64,000 bases of DNA from positions 6,972 to 70,971 of the IMG/VR virus record IMGVR_UViG_3300040801_002731; one strand, 5' to 3'. This document shows, one piece after another, positions 53,727 through 63,285 of this stretch; position 1 is the stretch's first letter; the number at the start of each line of letters is the position of its first letter. The translations under genes were made by a program, and so were the position numbers. This stretch comes from a virus. The notes below the pieces were generated by a model that ran no database searches, was not told the DNA's origin, and was given only the letters and a program-made list of their open reading frames with translations.

Positions 53727-56087
53727 TCATCCGAAGATCAAGCTGTAAATGAGAGACTTACTTTCCACCGTCTTCAACTTCTCCTCGATTGGAACGCCGA
53801 TGGTTTTCCACCCATCAACATCCGAATAGAGAAGCATCATTCCAGGTTCGACTGCGAAATCCGGTAGCGTTCCCGCCACCACGACCTGATAAAAGTCGCC
53901 GTTTCCAGGCGCGGCCGGATACTGTCCGGTGCTGGCATCCCAGGTGCCTCGCCAGGTCAACGCTCCGCCTACCGTAGCCGCAGCGTGCATGGCCCAATGG
54001 TAGGCGGAGCGGGTTCCGGCACCGTTGGCGTCTTCGTTGGCCGGAGCCTCGGCCCAGCGCTGCGCCTTCAGCTCGCTGCTGGCGGCGTTCGACGCCGACG
54101 TCACAGCTTCGTTTCGAGCGGTCTGGGCGTCATTTTTGGCCGTGGTCGCGGTGCTGGCCGCATTGACAGCGGTATCCTTGGCCGAAACCGCGGCGTTCTT
54201 GGCCGAAGTCGTGTTGGTCTCACTGGTCAGAGCAGAAGCGGCGGAAGCGGCAGCGTTGGTCTCGCTTGTTGCGGCATTGGCAGCAGAGGCGGCAGCGTCG
54301 ACCTTGCTCTGGGCAGCGTTGGTGGCCGCCGTCTGCGCCGCGGTCTTGCTGGACAGAGCTGAGGCGGCCGAGGCAGCAGCGTTCGTTTCGGACAGAGCGG
54401 CGGCGTCTGCACTGGCCTGGGCCGAGGTCTTGCTGGTCAGCGCAGACGCCGCAGACGCGCCGGCGTTGGTCTCGCTGGTCGCCGCATTCGCTTCGCTCGT
54501 GGCAGCGTTGGTCTCGCTGGTCGCCGCGTTGGCAGCGGAAGCCTGAGCATTGGTCTCCGACAGAGCAGCGGTCGCGGCGCTGGACGTCGCGTTGGTCTCC
54601 GACAGAGCAGCGGCCGCGGCAGCGCTGGTCGCTTCGGCGGCCTTATTGACAGCCGTCGTTTCGCTGCTCGCTGCACTGGTCGCGGATGCAGCGGCAGCGG
54701 ATGCAGCGGCAGCGGCGTTGGTCTCGCTGGTCGCCGCGTTGGTCTCGCTGGTCGCTGCGTTGGTCTCGCTGGTCGCTGCGTTGGTCTCGCTGGTCGCTGC
54801 GGCCTGTTCGGACGCCAGGGCGGCGGCAGCCGACGCAGACGCCGCCAATTCGGACGCGGCGGCATTCGTCTCGGACGCGCTGGCATTCAGAGCACTCTGC
54901 GCCGCGGCCAATTCCGAAGCCGCAGCATTGGTCTCGCTCTGGGCAGCCGCGACCTGTGCAGCCTGGGCCGCGCTCGCAGCGGTCGACGCGGCAAGTTCAC
55001 TGTTCGTGATGGACTGTTCGGCAGTCTGCGCGATCGTGGCGCTGTTCGCGGCAGCCGTGGCGCTGGTTTCGGCGCTCGTTTGCGCCGCAACAGCTTGATC
55101 CTTGGCCGTCTGCGCATCACTCAGGCTGGTTGCGGCGTCTGTCGCGGCCTGGCTGGCGGTCGTAGCGCTCGTTGCGGCCTCTGTAGCCGACTGAGACGCG
55201 GACTGCGCAAAAACAGAAGCGTTGGCCTCGCTCTGGGCAGCCGCCGCCTCGGATGTCTGAGCCGCGCCTGCCGCCGCGACAGCATTAGCTTCGCTCTCGA
55301 CAATAGACAGCTCGGCCGCCTCTGCGATGGTCGCACTGCTGGCCGCGGCCTGGGCGCTGGCGTCGGCGGCCTGGGCGCTGGCCGCAGCGTCCGTCTTTGC
55401 GGTTTCGGCCTGGGCGCGGGAAATGTCGGCGTTGGAGGCGGCAAACTGAGCCTGATCACGATACGTCAGAGTCGACGCCGCATGGTCGGTCGCGGTCTGG
55501 GCGCTGCTTTCCGCGTTCGATGCCGAAAGGGCAGCGGCGTCTTTGTGAGACAGAGCTTCGCTGGCCGATGCAGCCGCGGCCGTGGCCGACGATTCAGCAT
55601 CCAGAGCATAGGACTGTAGGCCGTTGACGATCTCGATGGCCGTGCCAACCGTCGGATCACCGAGCACGCCGCTGATCCAGGCCGGGCACTTCACCATCTG
55701 GACGTTGCCCTCCAGATCGGTCAGCGGATATGTGCCGTCACCGTTGGGGCCGCCCGTCACCGTGCCGGACAGCCACGCGATCATTTCGTCTTCGCGCACC
55801 TTCCAGCGGGCGACGAGATCGGACATCCGACGCGCCAGATCGGCGTTCGTGGTGAAGGTAAAGTTTCGGATGATCGCGTAGGAAAGACCAGTTGCGGTAT
55901 CTCCAGCCCACACCGGCCAGATTTTCAACCCGGTGTCCGCAACGACCTGCTCGACCATATAGAAGCGGTCGTTATCGACCGTGAGAATATCACCCGCCTT
56001 GATGTTGGTGGACCAAACCGTGTCCACGCCAACAACGCTGGCCGAGCCCGCGGTGACATTGATGGTTCCGGTGCGATACCAGGTCAT
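53727..56087 (-). CDS. Tail fibre protein 1 (N-terminal anchor, long SETNAA-rich shaft)
   Basis: MTWYRTGTINVTAGS..V.G..T.W N-terminal anchor; Ala-rich repeats. Confidence 0.85.
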   Translation of the reverse strand: MTWYRTGTINVTAGSASVVGVDTVWSTNIKAGDILTVDNDRFYMVEQVVADTGLKIWPVWAGDTATGLSYAIIRNFTFTTNADLARRMSDLVARWKVREDEMIAWLSGTVTGGPNGDGTYPLTDLEGNVQMVKCPAWISGVLGDPTVGTAIEIVNGLQSYALDAESSATAAAASASEALSHKDAAALSASNAESSAQTATDHAASTLTYRDQAQFAASNADISRAQAETAKTDAAASAQAADASAQAAASSATIAEAAELSIVESEANAVAAAGAAQTSEAAAAQSEANASVFAQSASQSATEAATSATTASQAATDAATSLSDAQTAKDQAVAAQTSAETSATAAANSATIAQTAEQSITNSELAASTAASAAQAAQVAAAQSETNAAASELAAAQSALNASASETNAAASELAASASAAAALASEQAAATSETNAATSETNAATSETNAATSETNAAAAASAAAASATSAASSETTAVNKAAEATSAAAAAALSETNATSSAATAALSETNAQASAANAATSETNAATSEANAATSETNAGASAASALTSKTSAQASADAAALSETNAAASAASALSSKTAAQTAATNAAQSKVDAAASAANAATSETNAAASAASALTSETNTTSAKNAAVSAKDTAVNAASTATTAKNDAQTARNEAVTSASNAASSELKAQRWAEAPANEDANGAGTRSAYHWAMHAAATVGGALTWRGTWDASTGQYPAAPGNGDFYQVVVAGTLPDFAVEPGMMLLYSDVDGWKTIGVPIEEKLKTVESKSLIYSLIFG
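54715..54798. repeat. 4 x 21-nt tandem repeat (ATSETNA)
   Basis: GCGTTGGTCTCGCTGGTCGC(C/T) four times. Confidence 0.9.
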
Positions 56088-56136
56088 GCGAAATCCTCAG
56101 AAAATGCTCCGTCCATGATACAAGGAGACCAAAAGA

Positions 56137-56154
56137 TCAGTCAATCTTGATTGA
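56137..56154. promoter_or_regulatory. Operator copy 18 upstream of the tail fibre genes
   Basis: TCAGTCA-ATCT-TGATTGA. Confidence 0.8.
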
Positions 56155-56553
56155 TCATTCGGGCCAAACAATGGACGCAACGATGGCGTCGATCTCGCCT
56201 GGCGTGGCTGCCGTGTCCACGCGGCTCTTGGCCGTCAGTCGGGCGATCTCGACTTGATTCAGGAATGGCTTGAGGCCGGCCTGAAGACTTGACCAAAGCG
56301 CTGCCACCTCAGCCGGCGCCATACCTGTGCGCTCGACCTCGCCGACCATGAATGTGAAGTCGGCCAGATCGGGCTCCGTGCCGTGCTGGGCGACGTAGGT
56401 CTGAAATCGCTCCGCCTCCCGCCCCTTCTCGGCATAGATGGCATCGACGCCGTGGCTGGCTCGGCGTTCACGCACACGGACAGCCTGCTCGTCGATCCGA
56501 CGCTTCGCAGCTTCGCGCAGAGGCGTCATGTTTTTGACGATGGAGAGCTTCAT
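56155..56553 (-). CDS. Tail-associated hypothetical protein
   Basis: ATGA-coupled within the tail module. Confidence 0.7.
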   Translation of the reverse strand: MKLSIVKNMTPLREAAKRRIDEQAVRVRERRASHGVDAIYAEKGREAERFQTYVAQHGTEPDLADFTFMVGEVERTGMAPAEVAALWSSLQAGLKPFLNQVEIARLTAKSRVDTAATPGEIDAIVASIVWPE

Positions 56554-56948
56554 GCGGCGACAACCTCGACTTCCAGAGGCAACCAGGGGAACTGCTCAGG
56601 CACCTCGATCTGATAGGTGGCCGGCATAGGCGACGTGATCTCAAGCACGCCGCCGGCGATCTCGTAGGTCTCGCCGTCGATAATCACCGTGCCCGGATCG
56701 GGCAACCCGCTGATCGTCGCCGTGTCGGCGTCGTCAGCGGCGATCTGGGACTTGTCGAGCACAGGGGTTGGCCGCGGCATGACCTTTCCGTTCAGGACAT
56801 AATCCTTGTGGAAATCGCTCTGTTCAGTCAAAAACAAAGCGCCTTTATCCATCGCTTCCTGTTCTGCCATGTGAAGAACCGAATCGTCACAGTTACCGCA
56901 GAACAAAATGCGTCCATTCTCGTCGTGCGCTGTATAGTGAACGATCAT
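56550..56948 (-). CDS. Tail-associated hypothetical protein
   Basis: ATGA-coupled to the J-like gene. Confidence 0.7.
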   Translation of the reverse strand: MIVHYTAHDENGRILFCGNCDDSVLHMAEQEAMDKGALFLTEQSDFHKDYVLNGKVMPRPTPVLDKSQIAADDADTATISGLPDPGTVIIDGETYEIAGGVLEITSPMPATYQIEVPEQFPWLPLEVEVVAA

Positions 56949-59900
56949 TTGTTCAGCCCCATAATCACAACAACTACGCCACGGGCGCTGCCTCCAGAGA
57001 CAGTAACCTGCGCATTGTGACCGCCAGGATTAACCCACATGGCGCCCATTACCGACATGCTTACGCCGCCGCCGCCGACCCATTGCGATATTTGCGCCGA
57101 TCTGTGCCCGTCGATATTCAAAGTAATCGAGACGCTTCCTCCCGGATTGTCGCCAGCCGAAGACACCTCGGTTTGCCCGAACGCCCACGCGGTCACCGTG
57201 CCAGAGTTCACCATGTTGATATAAGCCGTGGCCGTGTAGGACCCCGACGCGCCGGCCACCTGCGAAATCGCGCCGTTCTTGATCTTGATGGTGTCCACCG
57301 ACAGATCGCGGATATAGGCCGCATCCATCGTCACCCTACCGCCGTAGACGCCGAACGGCACGATGCCGGGATATCCAGGCTGCACAACAGCAAAGGCGTC
57401 GGCTCGAACAATGAACTCGCTGTAGGGCGTGCCGTTGCGCGGATAGCTCGCCAAACCAAAGCCGGTGACATAGCCGTTGTTGTCGATCTTGACGGTGTAT
57501 TGGCCGCTCAAGCCGTTCACGGCGTTGACGGTCTGGTTTACCGTCGTCACCATGTTGTTGTGCGCGGTCTGGAGCGTGGTGATGTTGTTGGCGAGCGAGC
57601 CGTCCGCACTAGCCCGAGCATTCTGCTCGTTCGTGATGGCGGCGGAGTTGTTGTTGATGGCCGCAGCGAGGTTGTTCAGATCCTGAACGACGGCTTGATC
57701 GAACGTCGACCGGGCGGTCTGCTCGTTCGTGATAGCGGTCTCGGCGTTCCCAAGCCGCGTTCCCAGACTGTCGATGCTGCTCGCAAGCGACTGGTCATTA
57801 TTGACCAAAATCTGCTGGTTGTTCTGGAGAACGGCATAGTTGTCATTGAACGTGGCGTTCAGGCTGTTGATGCTCTGGGCCAAAGCCTGATCGGCGTCGG
57901 CCAAAGCCTGCGTATTGCTCTGAATAAGAGCATACTTGTCGTTGAAGTCCGCGCTCAGAGTGTTGATGCTCTGGGCCAAAGACTGGTCGTTGTCCACCAG
58001 CGTCTGCTGGTTGCTTTCCAGAATGGCGATATTACCATTCAGCTCGGAACTCAAAGTGTCGATGCTGGTTGCAAGCGCCTGGTCGTTGCTCGCAAGCGCC
58101 TGGTCGTTGCTCTCCAGAATGGCGATGCTGTCGTCCATCTGGGAGCTGAGAGTCGTGATGTTTTGCGCAAGCGCCTGGTCGTTTTCGACCAGCGTCTGCT
58201 GGTTGGTCTGAAGGACGGCGATATTGCCATTCAGCTCGGAACTGAGCGTGTTAATAGACTCTGCCAAGCTCTGATCAGCCGACGCCATCACGCGGTTGGT
58301 TTCGTTGATCGCTGCGGCAATATCCTCGTCCACCCGCACCGACAGCTCGGTGATCTGCTGCGCCAGCGCGGCATCTTCGGTCGCCTGGGCGTTCAGGTTC
58401 TGATTGACCAAGGCGATCTTGTCATCGAACTCGGCCGCGACCGTCGTCACCTGCTCGGCGAGATTGGCATCTTCCGTCTGAAGCTCTTGAACCTTGGTGT
58501 CGACCACGGCCGCCCGGCGATCCGTGATGCCACGGTTGGCCTTGATCTCCTCGAAATGCTCATAGCCGAGCGTCAGGGCGTTCAGCAGATCCTCAGACAA
58601 ACCCTCGACGTCCGGGATTCCCAGATTGTCGATGATGGCCTGGACGCGCCCGGCCAACTCCTCATGGATCGTCGTCACGTCATCATGGACAAGCGTCATC
58701 TCGTCCTGAATGACGCGGATGTCGTTCAGGATGGCGTCGACGTCGATCCGCTCAAGCTGCTCGGCCAGTTCGGGAATCAGATGGGAACTGTCGATGATCG
58801 CGTCCGCGATGTCACCGCCATCCAGCGGCTCGGTGCGGACATAGGTGCCCATGTCCGAGTTCCACTCGGAGACCAGACCGGCCTTGTTGGCAGACCGGAT
58901 CCAGAACCAGTAATCCCAGATGCCTCGCAGGCCGTTGACGGTGTGCGTGGTGCCGTAGGCGTGCGCAACCAGAGACGCTTCCTCGCGGTTCGGCGTCTCG
59001 GAACACCAGACCTCAATATGGTCGATAGACGGATCGGCCGGCAGCTCCCAGTTCAGGATTGCCAGACGGATGCCGCCGGTGGCCGTCAGATTGAACGGTG
59101 CCTCGGGCGGCACGCCTGCGCCGACCACCGTGTAATCGAACACCGGCGCCGTCTCGAACGGCGGCTTGTTGCCGTCTTTGTCGATGGCGACCAGGCGCAC
59201 CTGGAGCATGTCGCCGACACCAGCGTCGAAGCTGAAGGTGGTGCCGCCGCTCATGACGGTGGTGTAGAGGGTCAACGGGTCGCCATTGACGCCGATGTAG
59301 ACGTCGGCTCCGGCATAGACCCCATAGGCGGGCCGGCGCCAGGAGAACCAGCAGCGCATCACCATGCCGTCGGGCGTGAGCTTTTCCTCGCGCACCGCAT
59401 CCACAACGACATGACCGATAGTGACCGGCAAATCGCTGTAGCCTTCCGGCAGACCAGCGTTCTCGGGGTCGAGGTAGGCTTCCTCGACATATTCCGTGGC
59501 CTTGATGGTGCGGGTCTCGACGCCGTTGCCGACCATCGACTGCACGCGGAAGGGCTTGGCGACCTTTTTGACCTCGCCGAACATCCAGTGGGCGAAGTCG
59601 GCCGGCACCTGTGACAGAGCGACGGAAATCTCCGTCACCTCGCCGCTGCCGCTGACAGACTTCTCCTCGATGGCGTCGGTGTCCCACAGCTCGACCGTCT
59701 GACCGACACTCAGACCCGTGGGCGCTTCGGACAGGATCAGCTCGCTCCAGGTGCCGGCCACGATGCGCGCAACGCCCAGGTCGCGGTCGCCGACCTTGAT
59801 CCGCCGAACGCGACCGGACGGTGTGCCGCTGATCAGAATGGACTTCTCGGTGACCATTGTGATCGCGGCAGTGCCCCGGCGCAGGGCCGGGTGCATGACC

Positions 59901-62284
59901 AGGAACTTGTAGGTCTTGCCGCTCTGCATCGACACCGGCCGGTCCAGCTTGACGCGCGTGGCCGTAGAGCCGGGCTCCAGGCGCCCAGAATAGCCCCACT
60001 GCGGCATGTCGTGCTGAACGAGAACGGTATCGCCCACGGTGCAGGCGATGGCCTCCAGCGGCGCATCGAACGTGACCGTCTGCTGAATCAGACGGTTGAG
60101 CGCCATATGGAAATAGCCCTCGAAACGAGCCTGCTCGTAGTGCGTGATGCCCGGCAGCGTGATGCTGGCAACCTTCTGCGGCAGACCGCGCGCGAGAGCC
60201 GTTTCGTCCACGACCCGGACGATCTTGCGCCGGAAGCCATCGTCCCGGTCGTAGTAGTTGATCTCGACCTCGTTGGCCCGGTCTTCCATCGACAGCCACT
60301 CGATGGCGAAGCTGTCCTTGATGATGTTGCCGGGGCCGAACATCATCGCCGGCGTCTCGGGCTTTTCGATCGCCAGGCTGTAGCGCGTGCCCACGCGCAC
60401 GATCTGAGCATGACCGACGCGGAACACCATCTGGGCGGCATCCCAGACATTGGTCTTGAAATCGAAGATGCCGTTGAACTCGTAGCCGCGCAGCGCACAC
60501 CACTCAGCCCACTCGAACCACTTGGGCATGTCGAAGCGCTCAAGTGGCAGGCCGGCGCCGTAGCGGTCGTTCGTCAGAATGTCGAGTGCGATCCAGGCCG
60601 GGTTGCTGGTCCAGGCCGTGGTCGTGTGATTGCCCAAATGGTCGTAGTGCGGCACCTTCTTGCCGCGCACCAGGGCGGTGATCTGCGGCACCGAATTGAG
60701 CTGTTCGGACAGCTTGATCTTCAGGCCATACCATGCCGTATAGTTGTAGGCGACCTGCTCAGCAATCACCTCGCCGACGTCGGTCCAGGCCACCATGTCG
60801 AGCGTGCGGCCATCTTCGGACGGCGGCGCGTTACGCTTGACGCGGATCTCGTAGAAGCCCTCATCGAGCGCCGGCGTCCAGTAGCTGCGGCGCAATGCCT
60901 TGCGCTGAGCGCCGACAATCTCGGGGCCTGCCTGGACGAGCGTCCAGGAGTTCGTCATGTTGCCGCCGGTGACCCGGATCTGATAGGCGGCAGGCGCCAG
61001 ACCGCCGATCTCAAAAGTCTTCCGCTCGGCCGTGCTGCCACCGTAATACCAGCGGCTCTCGACCCCTGCGTCAGTGCCGAAGGTATGCCAGACCCCATCC
61101 GGGCCGGCATACTCGACGCGAACATCCCATGCGCGAACCGGGCGTGTATCTGTGTGATCACCACGTTCGTAATGGTAGAAATCGCCGGTGTTGAACAGCA
61201 CAGGCTCAACCTCGACCCGCAACCCGGTGGACCCTTCCGGCATCGAGGCGCTGCCCGACTGGATCCAGCTCGGCGTGGTCTGCATCGGCTGCCAGAAGGT
61301 CTCGCCGACCTGCCGATACTCGACATCCAAACGCACGCCGCGCGGAGAGATCGAGCCGTCGTCCTCGATGTAGCCCAGGCCCTGCGGAAACACGACATCG
61401 ACCCGCAGACCATCGACCTCGCCTTCGGTGGTGTGCGTTGCCCAGACGTCATGCGCCAGCGTGACGCCCTTGTTGATCTGCCGGATGGTCGAGGCAAACC
61501 ATTCGCTCATCGTCTCGCGCGCTTGACCCATGCGGGAGCGCGTCTCGACCTCGATGAAGTTGCTGGCCGGCTGCTTGTTGATCTCGACGTTGGTGATGCT
61601 CTCGATGGGGCCTTCCGACACCACCGCCATCATCTTCAGGTATTGGGTGTCGTCGACGTTCTCGGTCTGGATGGCGGTCAGGTTGCCGCCTGTGCGGAAC
61701 TCGCCATAGACCACCGGCACGACGACATCTTCCGTCGCCGTGTTCTTGGCGCCGTCGATGCCGTAGCTCGGGCTCTCGGCGCTCAGGTCGGTCTGCTCGG
61801 GCGTCTTGGGCTTGGGTGGCGGCAGCAGGGCGTTGACCAACAGGCCGCCAACGGTCGTAACAAGCCCCGTGACGACGCTCGTGGCAACGCCGGCCATTGT
61901 GCCAGTCAGACCCATCGCGCCCACCAGCGGCCCTGCAACGGCCGCGGCAGCCACGGACACCGCGATCATCGCCACCATGCGCATGATCGACTTGCCATCT
62001 CCTCCCCCGCCTTCAGGGATGGCAACGACAACGATGGTGTCGTTCGGCTTCAGGGTCGTGGTCGGCCAGTCGTCCCGCTCAATGGCCGTCTCGTTGACAG
62101 CCACGCCCCACTCGACGTGTTCCGGCAGACCCTCCAGATAGTCAGCCAGCGTCTTGCCGTCGGCCCAGACGATCCGACCGGTCGAACGCTGGTCGAGGCG
62201 CAGCGTGTTGTAGATGACGTGGCAGACGACGGACGGCGTTTCGACGTCCTCAGTGGGCGGCAGCAGCGTGTCCTGCGAAGTCAT
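56945..62284 (-). CDS. Tail tip/host-specificity protein (lambda I-J-like fusion with DUF1983-like C-terminus)
   Basis: N-terminal ubiquitin-like I module, VPVVYGE, SEGPI, NPAW, FN3-like domains, ~29-aa coiled-coil repeats, YTVKID.NGYV.GFGL. Confidence 0.9.
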   Translation of the reverse strand: MTSQDTLLPPTEDVETPSVVCHVIYNTLRLDQRSTGRIVWADGKTLADYLEGLPEHVEWGVAVNETAIERDDWPTTTLKPNDTIVVVAIPEGGGGDGKSIMRMVAMIAVSVAAAAVAGPLVGAMGLTGTMAGVATSVVTGLVTTVGGLLVNALLPPPKPKTPEQTDLSAESPSYGIDGAKNTATEDVVVPVVYGEFRTGGNLTAIQTENVDDTQYLKMMAVVSEGPIESITNVEINKQPASNFIEVETRSRMGQARETMSEWFASTIRQINKGVTLAHDVWATHTTEGEVDGLRVDVVFPQGLGYIEDDGSISPRGVRLDVEYRQVGETFWQPMQTTPSWIQSGSASMPEGSTGLRVEVEPVLFNTGDFYHYERGDHTDTRPVRAWDVRVEYAGPDGVWHTFGTDAGVESRWYYGGSTAERKTFEIGGLAPAAYQIRVTGGNMTNSWTLVQAGPEIVGAQRKALRRSYWTPALDEGFYEIRVKRNAPPSEDGRTLDMVAWTDVGEVIAEQVAYNYTAWYGLKIKLSEQLNSVPQITALVRGKKVPHYDHLGNHTTTAWTSNPAWIALDILTNDRYGAGLPLERFDMPKWFEWAEWCALRGYEFNGIFDFKTNVWDAAQMVFRVGHAQIVRVGTRYSLAIEKPETPAMMFGPGNIIKDSFAIEWLSMEDRANEVEINYYDRDDGFRRKIVRVVDETALARGLPQKVASITLPGITHYEQARFEGYFHMALNRLIQQTVTFDAPLEAIACTVGDTVLVQHDMPQWGYSGRLEPGSTATRVKLDRPVSMQSGKTYKFLVMHPALRRGTAAITMVTEKSILISGTPSGRVRRIKVGDRDLGVARIVAGTWSELILSEAPTGLSVGQTVELWDTDAIEEKSVSGSGEVTEISVALSQVPADFAHWMFGEVKKVAKPFRVQSMVGNGVETRTIKATEYVEEAYLDPENAGLPEGYSDLPVTIGHVVVDAVREEKLTPDGMVMRCWFSWRRPAYGVYAGADVYIGVNGDPLTLYTTVMSGGTTFSFDAGVGDMLQVRLVAIDKDGNKPPFETAPVFDYTVVGAGVPPEAPFNLTATGGIRLAILNWELPADPSIDHIEVWCSETPNREEASLVAHAYGTTHTVNGLRGIWDYWFWIRSANKAGLVSEWNSDMGTYVRTEPLDGGDIADAIIDSSHLIPELAEQLERIDVDAILNDIRVIQDEMTLVHDDVTTIHEELAGRVQAIIDNLGIPDVEGLSEDLLNALTLGYEHFEEIKANRGITDRRAAVVDTKVQELQTEDANLAEQVTTVAAEFDDKIALVNQNLNAQATEDAALAQQITELSVRVDEDIAAAINETNRVMASADQSLAESINTLSSELNGNIAVLQTNQQTLVENDQALAQNITTLSSQMDDSIAILESNDQALASNDQALATSIDTLSSELNGNIAILESNQQTLVDNDQSLAQSINTLSADFNDKYALIQSNTQALADADQALAQSINSLNATFNDNYAVLQNNQQILVNNDQSLASSIDSLGTRLGNAETAITNEQTARSTFDQAVVQDLNNLAAAINNNSAAITNEQNARASADGSLANNITTLQTAHNNMVTTVNQTVNAVNGLSGQYTVKIDNNGYVTGFGLASYPRNGTPYSEFIVRADAFAVVQPGYPGIVPFGVYGGRVTMDAAYIRDLSVDTIKIKNGAISQVAGASGSYTATAYINMVNSGTVTAWAFGQTEVSSAGDNPGGSVSITLNIDGHRSAQISQWVGGGGVSMSVMGAMWVNPGGHNAQVTVSGGSARGVVVVIMGLNK

Positions 62285-62669
62285 AGAAACCAATGACCCT
62301 CTTGTCCCAGAAGCTCAGACGTTCGATGCAGACGCCGCCGGTGCCTTCCCAGGTGTGAACGAAGCGGTCATGTCGGAGCGTCATGCCGACATGCGCCCCG
62401 TAGCCCCTGATGCGGAACAGAACGGTGACGCCAGGGCGTTGTTCGACCGACACCCAGTCCTTCAGCCCAACGTCGACCAGACGCGCGATCTCGGCGATCT
62501 TGGTCGGACTGCGGACGTCCGGGATGATCACGCCTCGACGCCGATAAAGCTCCATGAGGAGACCGTAACAGTCGAAGGTGTCCGGCCCGCGTCCGCCGTA
62601 GGCGAAGGGCCTGCCGATCAGATCCAGTATAACGGACTCGGAAAAATCAGTCAGCTTTGATTTATCCAT
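62250..62669 (-). CDS. NlpC/P60 tail tip protein (lambda K-like)
   Basis: IGRPFAYGGRGPDTFDCYGL...HVG...FVH. Confidence 0.88.
   Translation of the reverse strand: MDKSKLTDFSESVILDLIGRPFAYGGRGPDTFDCYGLLMELYRRRGVIIPDVRSPTKIAEIARLVDVGLKDWVSVEQRPGVTVLFRIRGYGAHVGMTLRHDRFVHTWEGTGGVCIERLSFWDKRVIGFYDFAGHAAAAH
62647..62664. promoter_or_regulatory. Operator copy 19 (inside the 5' end of the K-like gene)
   Basis: TCAGTCA-GCTT-TGATTTA. Confidence 0.55.
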
Positions 62670-63285
62670 TGCGGAGCATCAAGCCCGGAAAGCCGCCGAA
62701 ATTGGCCTGATTGCCCTTGTCGGAACACCCACTGTCGCCCTGTAGGGTGTAATCGCAACTTGAAGCCGGGCCGGTATAACCACACTCGGCACTCTTGAAA
62801 CGCCAGGGGCAGCGGTCCCGGAATTGCAGACGCCGCGGAAAGCGCAGCGTCAGCGGGTTCTCGGCGCCCAGAGTGAAGGTGACGACGTAGTTCTTGGCGC
62901 TCGCCTTCACGACCTTGAAGCGCTCGACCATCTCCGGCGGTTGATCGAGCGCGCCAGCATTGATGACGATGACCCGCACCTCGAAGCCGATGCCGCCGCC
63001 GAACTGCTGCATCTTCGCCTGGATGGCCTGGCTGTAATCGACCGCGGAAAGCTGGATTTGCGGCACCTCACCGGCGGCGCTCTCCAACTCGATGTCGAAG
63101 CTCGCCGAGACGAACTCGTGCCCGTTGAAGGTGACGTTCTCGCCATTGCGGACCAGACGCATGATGTCGACCAGCCCGCCGGTCACCGGGTCGATCACGT
63201 CGATCTCCAGAGCGACCAAGAAGGCGACGTCGGAGTGAATACGGTTGGCCTCGATGATGGTGGCGACCGAAAGATGCGCGGGCAT
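62662..63285 (-). CDS. Minor tail protein L-like / DUF1833
   Basis: NGENVTFNG..F, CPWRFKSAECGYTG...C..TL..C...GN..NFGGFPG. Confidence 0.85.
   Translation of the reverse strand: MPAHLSVATIIEANRIHSDVAFLVALEIDVIDPVTGGLVDIMRLVRNGENVTFNGHEFVSASFDIELESAAGEVPQIQLSAVDYSQAIQAKMQQFGGGIGFEVRVIVINAGALDQPPEMVERFKVVKASAKNYVVTFTLGAENPLTLRFPRRLQFRDRCPWRFKSAECGYTGPASSCDYTLQGDSGCSDKGNQANFGGFPGLMLRNG

Noticed and set aside
57560-58490. ~29-aa (87-nt) periodic repeats in the J-like protein
   Set aside because: This is an ordinary coiled-coil stalk of siphophage tail-tip proteins, not a separate element.
57017-62296. Very long plus-strand ORFs (57017-59614 and 59891-62296; similarly 8590-9918, 26027-29284 and others)
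   Set aside because: They are antisense shadows of well-supported minus-strand genes, produced by GC-rich codon bias. They have no recognisable motifs or RBS.
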